From: Halarcobacter sp.
Lineage (GTDB): Bacteria; Campylobacterota; Campylobacteria; Campylobacterales; Arcobacteraceae
NCBI GenBank assembly: GCA_963676565.1
Contig: OY781089.1
Span: 800,001-864,000 of the forward strand
Length of the DNA: 64,000 bases
Direction of reading: 5' to 3'
Positions 1 through 11,717 of the stretch are shown one piece after another. Every line of letters starts with the position of its first letter. Position 1 is the stretch's first letter. Under the pieces are notes generated by a model, which made no database searches, had not been told where the DNA came from, and worked only from the letters and a program-made list of their open reading frames with translations. A program made the translations under genes and the position numbers.

Positions 1-80
1 GTTTAACCTCTTCGTAATAAAATTTTAGCTAATATATCATGCTTTACTAAAATGAGATTTAATTATAGAGGATAGAAGAT

Positions 81-1184
81 ATGCTTTTAACACCAGGACC
101 AACTCCTGTACCAGAGTTTGTTAGAAAGGCAATGGCTGATGTAACAATCCATCACAGAACACCAGAGTTTGAAAAAATATTTGAAGAAACTAGAAATTTA
201 TTATTAGAATTATTTGATATGCCTGAAGTAGTTATGCTTGCATCAAGTGGAACAGGAGCTATGGAAGCTTGTGTTACTAACTTAACAGCAAAAAAAGCTA
301 TAACTGTAAATTCAGGAAAATTTGGGGACAGATTTGGGAAAATCTGTGATGCCCATGGAATTGAAAAAATTGAAATTAAAAATGAATGGGATACTCCCGT
401 ATCTGTTGAAGCAGTTGTAGAAGCTGTAAAAAATGACAATGATATTGATGCAATATTTATTCAAATTTGTGAAAGTGCAGGGGGATTAAGACATCCTGTT
501 GAGCAAATCGCTTCAGAAGTTAAAAAAATCAATCCTGATATCATGATTATTGCTGATGGAATTACTGCTATTGGTGTCGAAAAAGTTGATACTACATATT
601 TAGATGCTGTAATTACTGGAAGTCAAAAGGCTTTAATGTTACCTCCAGGATTAGCAATTGTTGGTTTATCAAATAAAGCAGTAGAAAAAATTGAAGCTAC
701 AAGCAAAGGTTATTATTTTAATCTTGCAACAGAAATTAAAAAACAAAGAACAAATACTACAGCATGGACAGCAGCTACTACTTTAACAATTGGACTTAGA
801 GCAATTTTAAAAGAATTAAAGTCAATTGGATTTGAAAATTTATATGCTAATACAGCTAAAAGAGCTGAAGCTACAAGAAAAGCTTTAGAAGCAATTGGAT
901 GTGAAATTTATCCAACAACTCCTGCAAATGCTATGACAACAATTTATACTGAGCATGCACCAGCAATTAGAAATATTTTAAAAACAAAATATGATGTAAA
1001 TATTGCAGGTGGACAAGACCATATTAAAAAATTAATTTTTAGAATCAATCATATGGGATTAGTAGAAGATTTTGAAGCTTCTTGGGCAGTAAATGCTATT
1101 GAGTTAGCATACGATGAATTAGGTTTAAGAAAATATGATGGAACAGCAAATAAAGTTTTTGCAGAAAAAATGTTTTTAGGGTAA
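81..1184 (+). CDS. Class V PLP-dependent aminotransferase (alanine/serine-glyoxylate family; possibly acts as phosphoserine aminotransferase)
   Basis: N-terminal LLTPGPTPVP, ASSGTGAMEA and the PLP-lysine motif TGSQKALMLPPGL; GAGGA RBS upstream. Confidence 0.9.
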   Translation: MLLTPGPTPVPEFVRKAMADVTIHHRTPEFEKIFEETRNLLLELFDMPEVVMLASSGTGAMEACVTNLTAKKAITVNSGKFGDRFGKICDAHGIEKIEIKNEWDTPVSVEAVVEAVKNDNDIDAIFIQICESAGGLRHPVEQIASEVKKINPDIMIIADGITAIGVEKVDTTYLDAVITGSQKALMLPPGLAIVGLSNKAVEKIEATSKGYYFNLATEIKKQRTNTTAWTAATTLTIGLRAILKELKSIGFENLYANTAKRAEATRKALEAIGCEIYPTTPANAMTTIYTEHAPAIRNILKTKYDVNIAGGQDHIKKLIFRINHMGLVEDFEASWAVNAIELAYDELGLRKYDGTANKVFAEKMFLG

Positions 1185-1186
1185 AT

Positions 1187-3285
<2,099 letters not shown>

Positions 3286-3289
3286 GCCA

Positions 3290-3841
3290 ATGAGAATGAA
3301 GTTACATCACACACCATATATCTCTAGAAGAATATCAAGAGATTTGGTAAACTGTGATCTAGTAGAAGTTAGAAAAACTAGAGAAGAAATTGCAGACGAA
3401 ATAGAGAAAATATTAGATCAAGATATTGAAAAAGAGCATGAATTAGATGAAAAAGTTGCGGATGTTTTAGAAGAGCAACAAGAAGAGATTGAGTATTTAA
3501 ATGCTGATTACAGACAACTTTTTTGGCTTGCTAAAAAAAGAATGGCTAATGAGTTTGGAGTTATATTAAATAATGAAGACAGATATTCTGATATTGCACA
3601 TAAAATATTAGATTATTTATGGGAAGAGGATTATATCCATTATACATGTTCAGATAATAAAATTAAAAATGTAATTTTTGAATCAATTGATGAGTTTTTA
3701 AAAGGCTTTGAAAGAGCTGATGATAAAGTTATGGAAAAGATTAAAAATTATAAAAGAAAACTTATTCCAGGAACAGATGAATACGATATTGTTTATCATA
3801 GATTATATGAAGAAGAACTAATTAAACGAGGGTTAATGTAA
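3290..3841 (+). CDS. DUF507 family protein
   Basis: 183-aa acidic helical protein with C-terminal RKLIPGTDEYDIVYHRLYEEEL...RG typical of DUF507; operonic between purA and carA. Confidence 0.75.
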   Translation: MRMKLHHTPYISRRISRDLVNCDLVEVRKTREEIADEIEKILDQDIEKEHELDEKVADVLEEQQEEIEYLNADYRQLFWLAKKRMANEFGVILNNEDRYSDIAHKILDYLWEEDYIHYTCSDNKIKNVIFESIDEFLKGFERADDKVMEKIKNYKRKLIPGTDEYDIVYHRLYEEELIKRGLM

Positions 3842-3842
3842 A

Positions 3843-4961
3843 ATGCAAAAAGTATGGATTTATATTGAGAATGGTACGTTTTTAGAGGCTAACTCTTTTG
3901 GTGCTACTGGGACAACAGTGGGTGAGATTGTATTTAATACATCATTAACTGGTTATCAGGAGATAATAACAGATCCAAGTTATGCTGGACAATTTGTAAC
4001 TTTTACAATGCCAGAAATTGGAAATGTTGGAGTAAATGCTGATGATATGGAAAGTAAAACTGCATACTGTAAAGGTATTTTAGTTAGAAATTATCACCAT
4101 GAATACTCAAATTATAGAGCCGAAGGTGACTTAGATACATTATTAAAAGATAATAACGTTCTTGGAATTTGTAATATTGATACTAGATATTTAACTAAAA
4201 TGTTAAGAGATGAAGGAGCAATGATGATGATTGCTTCAACTGAAATTAGTGACAAAGATGAGTTAGCTAAAAAATTAAGTGAATCTCCAAGAATTGAAGA
4301 TATCAATTATATTAAAGAGGTTTCTACTAAAGAGGTTTATATCCATAAAAATGGAGCTTGGAATCATGAAGTTCAAGCTTACAATAAAGCAGTTATGAGT
4401 GATAAAAAAGTTGTAGTTGTTGATTTTGGTGTAAAAAGAAATATCTTAAATGAACTTGTTGAGTCAGGTCTTGAAGTTGAAGTAGTTCCATCTACATTTA
4501 AAGCAGAAGATTTAATTACAAGATTTGAAGCTGGTGAGATTGGAGGAATTTTCCTATCAAATGGCCCTGGTGATCCACTAACTTTAACAGAAGAGAAAAA
4601 AGAGGTTCAAAAACTTATTGATAAAAATATCCCAATGTTTGCAATTTGTTTAGGACATCAAATGCTTTCAATTGCACATGGTTTTGACACATATAAATTG
4701 AAATTTGGACAACATGGTGGTAACCATCCAGTTGCTAATAATGGAATTGTTGAAATCACTGCACAAAATCATAACTATAATGTTCCAGATAACATTACAG
4801 AAATTGCAGATATAACACATATAAATCTATTTGATAATACAATTGAAGGTGTTAAATATAAGAATAAACCAATATTCTCAGTTCAACATCACCCTGAAGC
4901 AAGTCCAGGTCCTCACGAATCAAAATATATTTTTAATGAATTCGCAAAAATAGTAAAATAA
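3843..4961 (+). CDS. carA: Carbamoyl-phosphate synthase small subunit
   Basis: GEIVFNTSLTGYQE, LSNGPGDP, ICLGHQ (catalytic Cys) and QHHPEASPGP. Confidence 0.98.
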   Translation: MQKVWIYIENGTFLEANSFGATGTTVGEIVFNTSLTGYQEIITDPSYAGQFVTFTMPEIGNVGVNADDMESKTAYCKGILVRNYHHEYSNYRAEGDLDTLLKDNNVLGICNIDTRYLTKMLRDEGAMMMIASTEISDKDELAKKLSESPRIEDINYIKEVSTKEVYIHKNGAWNHEVQAYNKAVMSDKKVVVVDFGVKRNILNELVESGLEVEVVPSTFKAEDLITRFEAGEIGGIFLSNGPGDPLTLTEEKKEVQKLIDKNIPMFAICLGHQMLSIAHGFDTYKLKFGQHGGNHPVANNGIVEITAQNHNYNVPDNITEIADITHINLFDNTIEGVKYKNKPIFSVQHHPEASPGPHESKYIFNEFAKIVK

Positions 4962-4981
4962 GTTAACTTATTTTACTATTT
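4948..4981. terminator. Perfect 34-bp palindrome over the carA stop codon; likely intrinsic terminator
   Basis: AAATAGTAAAATAAGTT|AACTTATTTTACTATTT at the end of a five-gene operon. Confidence 0.6.
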
Positions 4982-5005
4982 ATCATAAATACTCTAATCT
5001 AAATT

Positions 5006-5881
5006 TTGGAAACTAAAAAAGCTATATTTATTTTTTTATTACTTGGGATTGTTTGGGGAAGTAATTTTATATATATGAAATTAGCTACTGTTTATATAAG
5101 TGATTTACAAGTTGTATTCTTAAGAGTTTTATTTGGTTTTATCCCAGTTTTAATCTATACAATATATAAAAAAACCATGAGAATAGAACACTTTAAATAT
5201 GCTTTTCATTTTTTTATCATGTCCTTGCTTGGAGCATCTGTTTATTATTACTATTTTGTAAAAGCATCTTCATTACTTCTGTCAGGGATTACTGGTGCAC
5301 TTAGTGCTTCAGTTCCTTTATTCGCTTTTATTTTAGCCGTAATCTTTTTAAAAGATGAAAAGCTAGATAAAAGACTATTTGGAATATTAATTGGCTTAGT
5401 AGGGGTTATTTTAATTGCAAAACCCTATGAGTTTAATGTTTTTGAATCAAATATAGAAGGGATTAAAGCTATTATACTAGGTTCACTAGTTGTTGGTTCA
5501 TCTTTTGTATATGCAAAGAAGTTTATAAGTCCATTGAAAATACACTTTTCAGCACTTACAACTTATCAACTAGCTTTTGCTACTCTTACTTTATCTTTGT
5601 TTGTTGATTATAATGGAATATCTAATATTACTTCAAGTATGAATGTCTTATTAGGAACAATTATTGGATTAGGCTTGTTAGGGACTGGCTTAGCATTTAT
5701 ACTGTATTATTACCTAATTGAACATTTAGGTGCAGTTAGAGCTTCATCTGCTACTTATTTACCTCCAATTGTTGCATTGTTAATTGGTTATTTCATTGTG
5801 GGTGAAGATATAGATTTGATAGATTTAATGGGAACTGTTTTAATTTTATTTGGGGTTTATATGATAAATAGAAAAGTTTAA
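5006..5881 (+). CDS. DMT/EamA family transporter
   Basis: About 10 hydrophobic segments in two EamA repeats (VWGSNF..., GTGLAFILYY..., YLPPIVALLIG); TTG start is uncertain. Confidence 0.85.
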   Translation: METKKAIFIFLLLGIVWGSNFIYMKLATVYISDLQVVFLRVLFGFIPVLIYTIYKKTMRIEHFKYAFHFFIMSLLGASVYYYYFVKASSLLLSGITGALSASVPLFAFILAVIFLKDEKLDKRLFGILIGLVGVILIAKPYEFNVFESNIEGIKAIILGSLVVGSSFVYAKKFISPLKIHFSALTTYQLAFATLTLSLFVDYNGISNITSSMNVLLGTIIGLGLLGTGLAFILYYYLIEHLGAVRASSATYLPPIVALLIGYFIVGEDIDLIDLMGTVLILFGVYMINRKV

Positions 5882-6348
5882 ATTAAAAACTTTTCTATTA
5901 ATTGATAAGTTCCTGCTGTAGCAATACCTGCTGCAATACCAGCTACAACATCATCTCCCATAACTCCCCAGCCACCTTCTACTTTTTCATCAATTCTTCC
6001 AATTATAGATGGTTTCCAAATATCAAATATTCTAAAGAAAATAAATGCTAAAGCAGCCATAATATAAAAGTTTTCTTCATTTATACCACAAATTGAAAGG
6101 GCAATCCACATACCAGCAAGTTCATCGATAACAATCTCTTTACTATCATGAACTCCTACTTCTTCTTCATAAATATTAATCTGTTTTACAGCAATAACAG
6201 TAATTAAAATTGCCAATAAAAAAAGTGTAGAAACATCAATTATTTGAAGTAGGGCTATACCTAAAATAAGAGCAAGAAAGCTTCCAACTGTTCCAGGTGC
6301 TTTTGGACTTAGTCCACTGTAAAATAAAGTTAAAAATAGTTTTCTCAT
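5878..6348 (-). CDS. pgpA: Phosphatidylglycerophosphatase A
   Basis: SGLSPKAPGTVGS, DSKEIVIDELAG, FRIFDIWKP and GGWGVMGDDVVAG. Confidence 0.95.
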   Translation of the reverse strand: MRKLFLTLFYSGLSPKAPGTVGSFLALILGIALLQIIDVSTLFLLAILITVIAVKQINIYEEEVGVHDSKEIVIDELAGMWIALSICGINEENFYIMAALAFIFFRIFDIWKPSIIGRIDEKVEGGWGVMGDDVVAGIAAGIATAGTYQLIEKFLI

Positions 6349-6356
6349 TAGTTCTC

Positions 6357-7241
6357 TTATTTCTTTTTTTCTATACTAAGTTTTTTTCTTTTTTCCCAAA
6401 GAGACTTTCTTGAGATACCAAGTTTTTTTGATAGTTCTGTATCAGGGTATTTAGTTTGATAAGATAATACCATCATTTTTACATAATCGTTGATTGTCAT
6501 AATAGAGTTTGTTGGCATCATATTGTCTTCTTTTTGGAAGTCAACTTTTGAATAAGGAAAATCTTCTTCTTTTTCCATTGAAACAATTACACACTTTTTA
6601 TCTTCAACAAGTCTATTTAGACTCTCTTTCGCACTTCTTTTTAATGTTTGATATTCTGTTAAGTATAAAATACCATTGAATTTATCATTTAAATGTTTTT
6701 GCCAATTTTCATCGCTAAGTGAAATAAACTTCATATGTAAGTTTAGTTTTCTCGATAATTCAAAAGTTAGTTTATCCGCAGCAATTTGCGAGTTTGTTTC
6801 AATTAATATAGGAAAAGATGTTGGAAGTATAGTACCAGCTGTATCTACATCTTTAAATTGAAAATCAAGATATTCCCTTAACGTAAATAACTCTTTTCTA
6901 AGTGATTTGCATTCTCTATAGTGATAAATTTTTCTAATAAGCTCATCCATAATAAATGGCTTCATAATATAATCTTTTGCACCCTCTTTAATTGGGTCAG
7001 TTACAGTTTCATCTGAAATATATGAAACTAATAAAAGGATAATTGAATCATTGTATCTTCTAATAATTGTTTTACATAATGCAGCTGGTAGAGATGTTGA
7101 TAAAAGGATAATATCATAATCCTTTGTTAAATTTTCAATGTTTGGTGATTCAACAAAATCACAATTATGACCATCATCTAATAATCTAGACACAACTTTT
7201 TGTGCTAAATAAATCTCACTCTCTATAATTAATATATTCAT
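6357..7241 (-). CDS. Atypical response regulator (pseudo-receiver, degenerate central domain, Fis-type HTH); HP1021/Cj1608-like
   Basis: Receiver fold MNILIIE...DIILLS...GAKDYIMKPF and C-terminal TELSKKLGISRKSLWEKRKK. Start set at 7241 because of the ATGA overlap with the ispDF stop. Position between ispDF and pgpA matches the known Campylobacterota arrangement. Confidence 0.8.
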   Translation of the reverse strand: MNILIIESEIYLAQKVVSRLLDDGHNCDFVESPNIENLTKDYDIILLSTSLPAALCKTIIRRYNDSIILLLVSYISDETVTDPIKEGAKDYIMKPFIMDELIRKIYHYRECKSLRKELFTLREYLDFQFKDVDTAGTILPTSFPILIETNSQIAADKLTFELSRKLNLHMKFISLSDENWQKHLNDKFNGILYLTEYQTLKRSAKESLNRLVEDKKCVIVSMEKEEDFPYSKVDFQKEDNMMPTNSIMTINDYVKMMVLSYQTKYPDTELSKKLGISRKSLWEKRKKLSIEKKK

Positions 7242-8362
7242 TTTCTTTCCCACTCATAATATTTTAACGTTGCAATACTTTGCACTGCAACCCCCTCACT
7301 TCTACCAATAAATCCTAATTTTTCTGCTGTAGTTGCTTTAATATTTACAAATTGTTTTTCTAAATTTAAAAGTTCTGACATAGTAGATTTAATTTGATTT
7401 TTATATGGATTTATTTTTGGTTTTTGAGCTATTATTGTCAAATCAACATTTACAATTTCATATCCCACATTATAAATAAATTTAACAATATGCTTTAATA
7501 ACTCTTTTGAATCTACACCTTTATATCTTTCATCGGTATCTGGGAAAAATTCTCCAATATCCCCAGCACCACACGCCCCTAAAAGTGCATCTATAACTGA
7601 ATGTATTAGTACATCACCATCACTATGTGCTTTAAAACCATAGTCTACATCTATATTGACTCCACCAAGCCACATTTTTTTATTATTTTCAAATGGATGT
7701 ATATCAAAACCTGTTCCTGTGAAGAAGTTTTTTGATGGTGGTTTTATACATTCAATTGCTTGAATATCCTCTTCAAAAGTTAGTTTTTTACTTTTTAAAC
7801 TACCCTGTACGTAATAAACACTACCGCCTATATTTTTAATAGCACTACTATCATCTGTAAACTCTTCGTTTGTATTAAGAGCATTTTTTAAAATATCTGT
7901 ACGTGAGAGTTGTGGTGTTTGGATAAGTTTTACTTCATCTCGATTTATAGTGTCATTTTTAAAAACAACTGTGTCACTTACATTTAGTATTGGGACTATA
8001 CAGTCTGCATTGTTTTTAGCATCTATTAAGTTTGAGATAACATCTTTTGGTATGCAAGCCCTTGCAACATCAGTTACCATCACATAGTTAGTAGTAACCT
8101 CTTTTAGCGCATTTTTCATAGAAGATTGTCTAGTCTCTCCACCCTTTACGAAAGTTACATCATCCGTAAAGTTTCTCATATAGTTTAATTCATCTTCATG
8201 GGAAGCAATTATGATTTTATTAAAAGAGTAAAAACTTGAAAGTCTTTTTGTAACAAATAACCACAATGGAGAGTTTTCAGTTCTTAACCATTGTTTTTTT
8301 GAAGAAAGCTCGAATCTTGTGGAGTTTCCTGCACAAAGTAATATTAATGAAATATCTGACAC
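7238..8362 (-). CDS. ispDF: Bifunctional MEP cytidylyltransferase / MECDP synthase
   Basis: IspD motifs CAGNSTRF, GGETRQSS, DVAR and IQTPQ fused to IspF motifs GTGFDIH, HSDGDV and KATTAEKLGFIGR. Confidence 0.97.
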   Translation of the reverse strand: MSDISLILLCAGNSTRFELSSKKQWLRTENSPLWLFVTKRLSSFYSFNKIIIASHEDELNYMRNFTDDVTFVKGGETRQSSMKNALKEVTTNYVMVTDVARACIPKDVISNLIDAKNNADCIVPILNVSDTVVFKNDTINRDEVKLIQTPQLSRTDILKNALNTNEEFTDDSSAIKNIGGSVYYVQGSLKSKKLTFEEDIQAIECIKPPSKNFFTGTGFDIHPFENNKKMWLGGVNIDVDYGFKAHSDGDVLIHSVIDALLGACGAGDIGEFFPDTDERYKGVDSKELLKHIVKFIYNVGYEIVNVDLTIIAQKPKINPYKNQIKSTMSELLNLEKQFVNIKATTAEKLGFIGRSEGVAVQSIATLKYYEWERK

Positions 8363-8418
8363 AAAGACCCTTTGAGTAAAATAGTTACATATTATACTAA
8401 ATTGTAACTTATGAAACC

Positions 8419-9240
8419 TTAAAGGTCATTTTCTAATTTAAATTTAATAGTATCTATAGATTGTAATAAAAGGTCAACATCAAAGCCATATTCACTTGCT
8501 TTAGTTAATGCTCTTTGAACATTGTAGTCAGATAATGGGTTTTTAATATCTGTAAGTATTTTTATAATCTCTAAAATTTTAGCTTTTTCTACATAATCCT
8601 TTGGACAATGTTCTAAATCTTCAACAAAACCAATTGAAAAGATTAGGTTATGGCTTAAGTTCCAGTGTTTGAAAATATTAGCTGTAATTCTAGCACAAGA
8701 AAAACCTAAAAACTCTTTTTCAACTGCTGTTACATTTTTTGTAATTTTAACTTGCTCAATAAATTCTTCAGTTCTTCCACTTTCAGAAATAATATCAGCA
8801 ATAATAAATTTCCCAACTTCTTGTAAAAATGCAGGGATTAGTAAATCCTCTTTTAAATCAAAACTAATTTTTGAAACCCATGAGTTAATTAATGCACTTG
8901 AAAGGTTTGCAGAAAACATAAAGTCATCAGTTGTTGCTTCATAACAAGATAGGTTAGTATCAACAAGGTTTTGAATAACAGTTCCTAATGCAATAGAGAT
9001 AGTAAAGTTTATACCTAATAAAGAGATTGCTCTACTTGGCGTTTCAACTTCACTTACAAAACCAAACATAGCTGAGTTTGCAACCCTTAATACAGTAGTA
9101 ATAATCAATGGATCTTGCTCAATGATTTTTAATAAATCTAAAGGTTCTTTATGTGACATTTTCCTAAACTCTTCAAGTTCTAAAACACTTTTAGGAAGAG
9201 GTGGTAATGTATCGATTTTTTCTACTATTAGTTTTTTCAT
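8419..9240 (-). CDS. Stand-alone HDOD domain protein
   Basis: LPPLP, IEQDP...LRVANSAMFG, AISLLG and EKEFLGF...HWNL pattern; the HD position reads LQEVGK. Confidence 0.85.
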   Translation of the reverse strand: MKKLIVEKIDTLPPLPKSVLELEEFRKMSHKEPLDLLKIIEQDPLIITTVLRVANSAMFGFVSEVETPSRAISLLGINFTISIALGTVIQNLVDTNLSCYEATTDDFMFSANLSSALINSWVSKISFDLKEDLLIPAFLQEVGKFIIADIISESGRTEEFIEQVKITKNVTAVEKEFLGFSCARITANIFKHWNLSHNLIFSIGFVEDLEHCPKDYVEKAKILEIIKILTDIKNPLSDYNVQRALTKASEYGFDVDLLLQSIDTIKFKLENDL

Positions 9241-9243
9241 TAT

Positions 9244-10182
9244 TTATCCTGCATTATCAACATTAATCTTGCTTGATATAATATCAATTAATTGTTTATA
9301 CTCATCTGTATTAAGTTGTAATAATTCAATTTTTTCATCTGTAATACCAATTCCATTTGCTTCTAGGTACTTAGAAGTTTTTATAAACTCTTGAAGTAAA
9401 AGCTTTTCAAAATTTTTTTCTTGAAAACTGCCTAAATCTTTTAAATTTGTAGTTTCATAAAAAAAATCAATAATTTTTTTGTAATATGGATTATTGTTAA
9501 ATTTGAGTTTTGGGTTAAAATATTTTATTTTATAGTGCATTTGTAGAAGTAAAAAAGTAAAATTATTAATAAAGATATTTTTCTCTAGCCTTTTATCGCT
9601 ATTCATATAACTCAAAAATGAACTATCCTTTGAAAGCTCAAATCCATGGACAATCTTTTCACATCTAGATTGATAATATTCAAAAACATAATTTATATCT
9701 TTTTTGCCAATTTCAAAATATGAAAGATGGGAAAATTTATATCTTGCTTGTCCTATATGATTGTTTAAGATATTGATTTTCTCTTGGCTTAATTGAAGTT
9801 TGATTTTTAAAAAAGTTTTTGATTCTATTAAAGCTTCTATTATAGGCTCTACAAGCTTTCTTTTAGAATCATTTTTTGAATAGATTTTACATAATTGATT
9901 AAATAAATCAATTAAATAAATATATAGTTTAAATTTAATCTCAAATAATTCTTCATCTATTAATAGTAACTTGCTTAGGGTATCTTCATTGGATCTAAAT
10001 ATTTGTAAAATCTGTTCTTCTTCAATACTATTTTTATTTATAGTTTTAATAGCTTGATTCATATTTATTTTAATAATAAGATTTATAATCTCTTGTTCCG
10101 ATTGAATTTCACTAATTTTAATAGTATTTAATTCTTCAAATATTTCATAATATGATTTTTTTAGATTTTTATTATTTTCCAT
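9244..10182 (-). CDS. Hypothetical protein (312 aa, helical, Lys/Ile-rich)
   Basis: Long ORF with an AGGGA RBS-like site, 3 bp upstream of the HDOD gene; no motif recognised. Confidence 0.7.
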   Translation of the reverse strand: MENNKNLKKSYYEIFEELNTIKISEIQSEQEIINLIIKINMNQAIKTINKNSIEEEQILQIFRSNEDTLSKLLLIDEELFEIKFKLYIYLIDLFNQLCKIYSKNDSKRKLVEPIIEALIESKTFLKIKLQLSQEKINILNNHIGQARYKFSHLSYFEIGKKDINYVFEYYQSRCEKIVHGFELSKDSSFLSYMNSDKRLEKNIFINNFTFLLLQMHYKIKYFNPKLKFNNNPYYKKIIDFFYETTNLKDLGSFQEKNFEKLLLQEFIKTSKYLEANGIGITDEKIELLQLNTDEYKQLIDIISSKINVDNAG

Positions 10183-10236
10183 TATTTTGTCATCCCTAGT
10201 AGGACATTATAACCTATACATATAATAAAATCAAAT

Positions 10237-10908
10237 TTACTCAGCTCTCAGATTTTCTATTGTTTTCTTAATATCCTTCGATTTTGTAATAGCAGAAATA
10301 ACAGCAACACCATCACAATTATTTTTTAAGATATCCTTTGCTTTTAATTCATCTATTCCACCAATGGCAACTAATGGTTTTAAAATATTTTTATCTCTTA
10401 TGTTTTTTATTAAATCTAAACCAACACTTTGTTTTGCGTCATTTTTTGAAGTGGTCTCATATATTGGCCCCACCCCAAAATAATCAATACCTTGTATACC
10501 TTTTGCTTTGATTGCTTGATCTAAAGTATTAATAGATAAACCTAGTAATAGTTTTCCATCAATGATTTTTATGACCTCTTTTACTTCTTTATCATCTTGC
10601 CCTATATGAATACCTGTGGTATTTAACTTCAAAGCAAGATCAATGTCATCATTTATAAAAAAAGGTACATTATATTTTTTACAAAGTTCTTGAGCCTTTT
10701 TTGCTAAATTAAAAATCTCCTCTTTATTTTGTAAAGAGTTTCTCCCTTTTTCTCTAAATTGAAAACAAGTAATCCCTTTTTTTAATGCCTCTTCTAAAAT
10801 GAAAAGTAGATTTTCTTGTGGATTAGTTCCTAAATGAAGACAATCTTGCGTTCCTGCTATAAAATAGACTTGAAGCATATTTTTAATATTAAATATCTCT
10901 TTATTCAA
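10237..10908 (-). CDS. thiE: Thiamine-phosphate synthase
   Basis: FQFREK, INDD...GIHIGQDD, GPIYETTSK, VAIGGI and GVAVISAI. Confidence 0.95.
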   Translation of the reverse strand: MNKEIFNIKNMLQVYFIAGTQDCLHLGTNPQENLLFILEEALKKGITCFQFREKGRNSLQNKEEIFNLAKKAQELCKKYNVPFFINDDIDLALKLNTTGIHIGQDDKEVKEVIKIIDGKLLLGLSINTLDQAIKAKGIQGIDYFGVGPIYETTSKNDAKQSVGLDLIKNIRDKNILKPLVAIGGIDELKAKDILKNNCDGVAVISAITKSKDIKKTIENLRAE

Positions 10909-11695
10909 AACTTACCTTTGCATATTCTTCTGTCATTTTGTCATCTATTATTGCTAAATTATCAAGTAGGTTAATATAAAAATGTCCAGTTTGATTATTC
11001 TGTAAATTTTTTTGAGCAATCTCTCCTGCAATGGCATAAGATGTACAAGCATTTAAAGTTAGATCAAAAGCATTTCCATCTAAAGTTAAAAATGCTCCAC
11101 AAACTGCACTTAAAAGGCAACCTGATCCTGTGATTTTTGGAAAAAGTTCGCATCCATTTTCTATTTTTGCTACTTTAGTTCCATCACTTATATAGTCGGT
11201 TTCACCACTAATAGAAACAATACAGTCATATTTTAAGGCTACATCTTTAGCTATTTTGGATAAATTAGCTTCTCCACTTCCTGCATCTACACCTTTTGCA
11301 CTCCAATTAACTTGGGCAAGATAGGCAATTTCACCTGCATTCCCTCTTATTAAATCAAATTTTATTTCATTTAAAAGAGTTTTCACAGTCTCTTGTCTAA
11401 ATGTTGTTGCACCAACTCCAACTGGATCTAAAACAACGGGTGTTTTATTTTTATTTGCACATTTGCCTGCTTTAATCATAGCTTCTATTTGATCACATGT
11501 TAGTGTTCCTATATTTATAACTAAAGCTTGACAAATAACTGGAAGCTCATCCATCTCTTCAATAGCATTTGACATAATAGGAGAACATCCAATACTTAAT
11601 AATCCATTTGCCACATAATTAGATACAACTATATTTGTAATATTAAGTACTAAGGGACTTTTTTCCCTTAGCTTTTCTAAATTATTTGTTTGCAT
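10901..11695 (-). CDS. thiM: Hydroxyethylthiazole kinase
   Basis: PLVLNITN, VINIGTL, PVVLDPVGVGAT, IRGNAGEI and ITGSGCLL. Confidence 0.95.
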   Translation of the reverse strand: MQTNNLEKLREKSPLVLNITNIVVSNYVANGLLSIGCSPIMSNAIEEMDELPVICQALVINIGTLTCDQIEAMIKAGKCANKNKTPVVLDPVGVGATTFRQETVKTLLNEIKFDLIRGNAGEIAYLAQVNWSAKGVDAGSGEANLSKIAKDVALKYDCIVSISGETDYISDGTKVAKIENGCELFPKITGSGCLLSAVCGAFLTLDGNAFDLTLNACTSYAIAGEIAQKNLQNNQTGHFYINLLDNLAIIDDKMTEEYAKVSFE

Positions 11696-11717
11696 TTGAT
11701 GCCTTTACTTTATCTCT

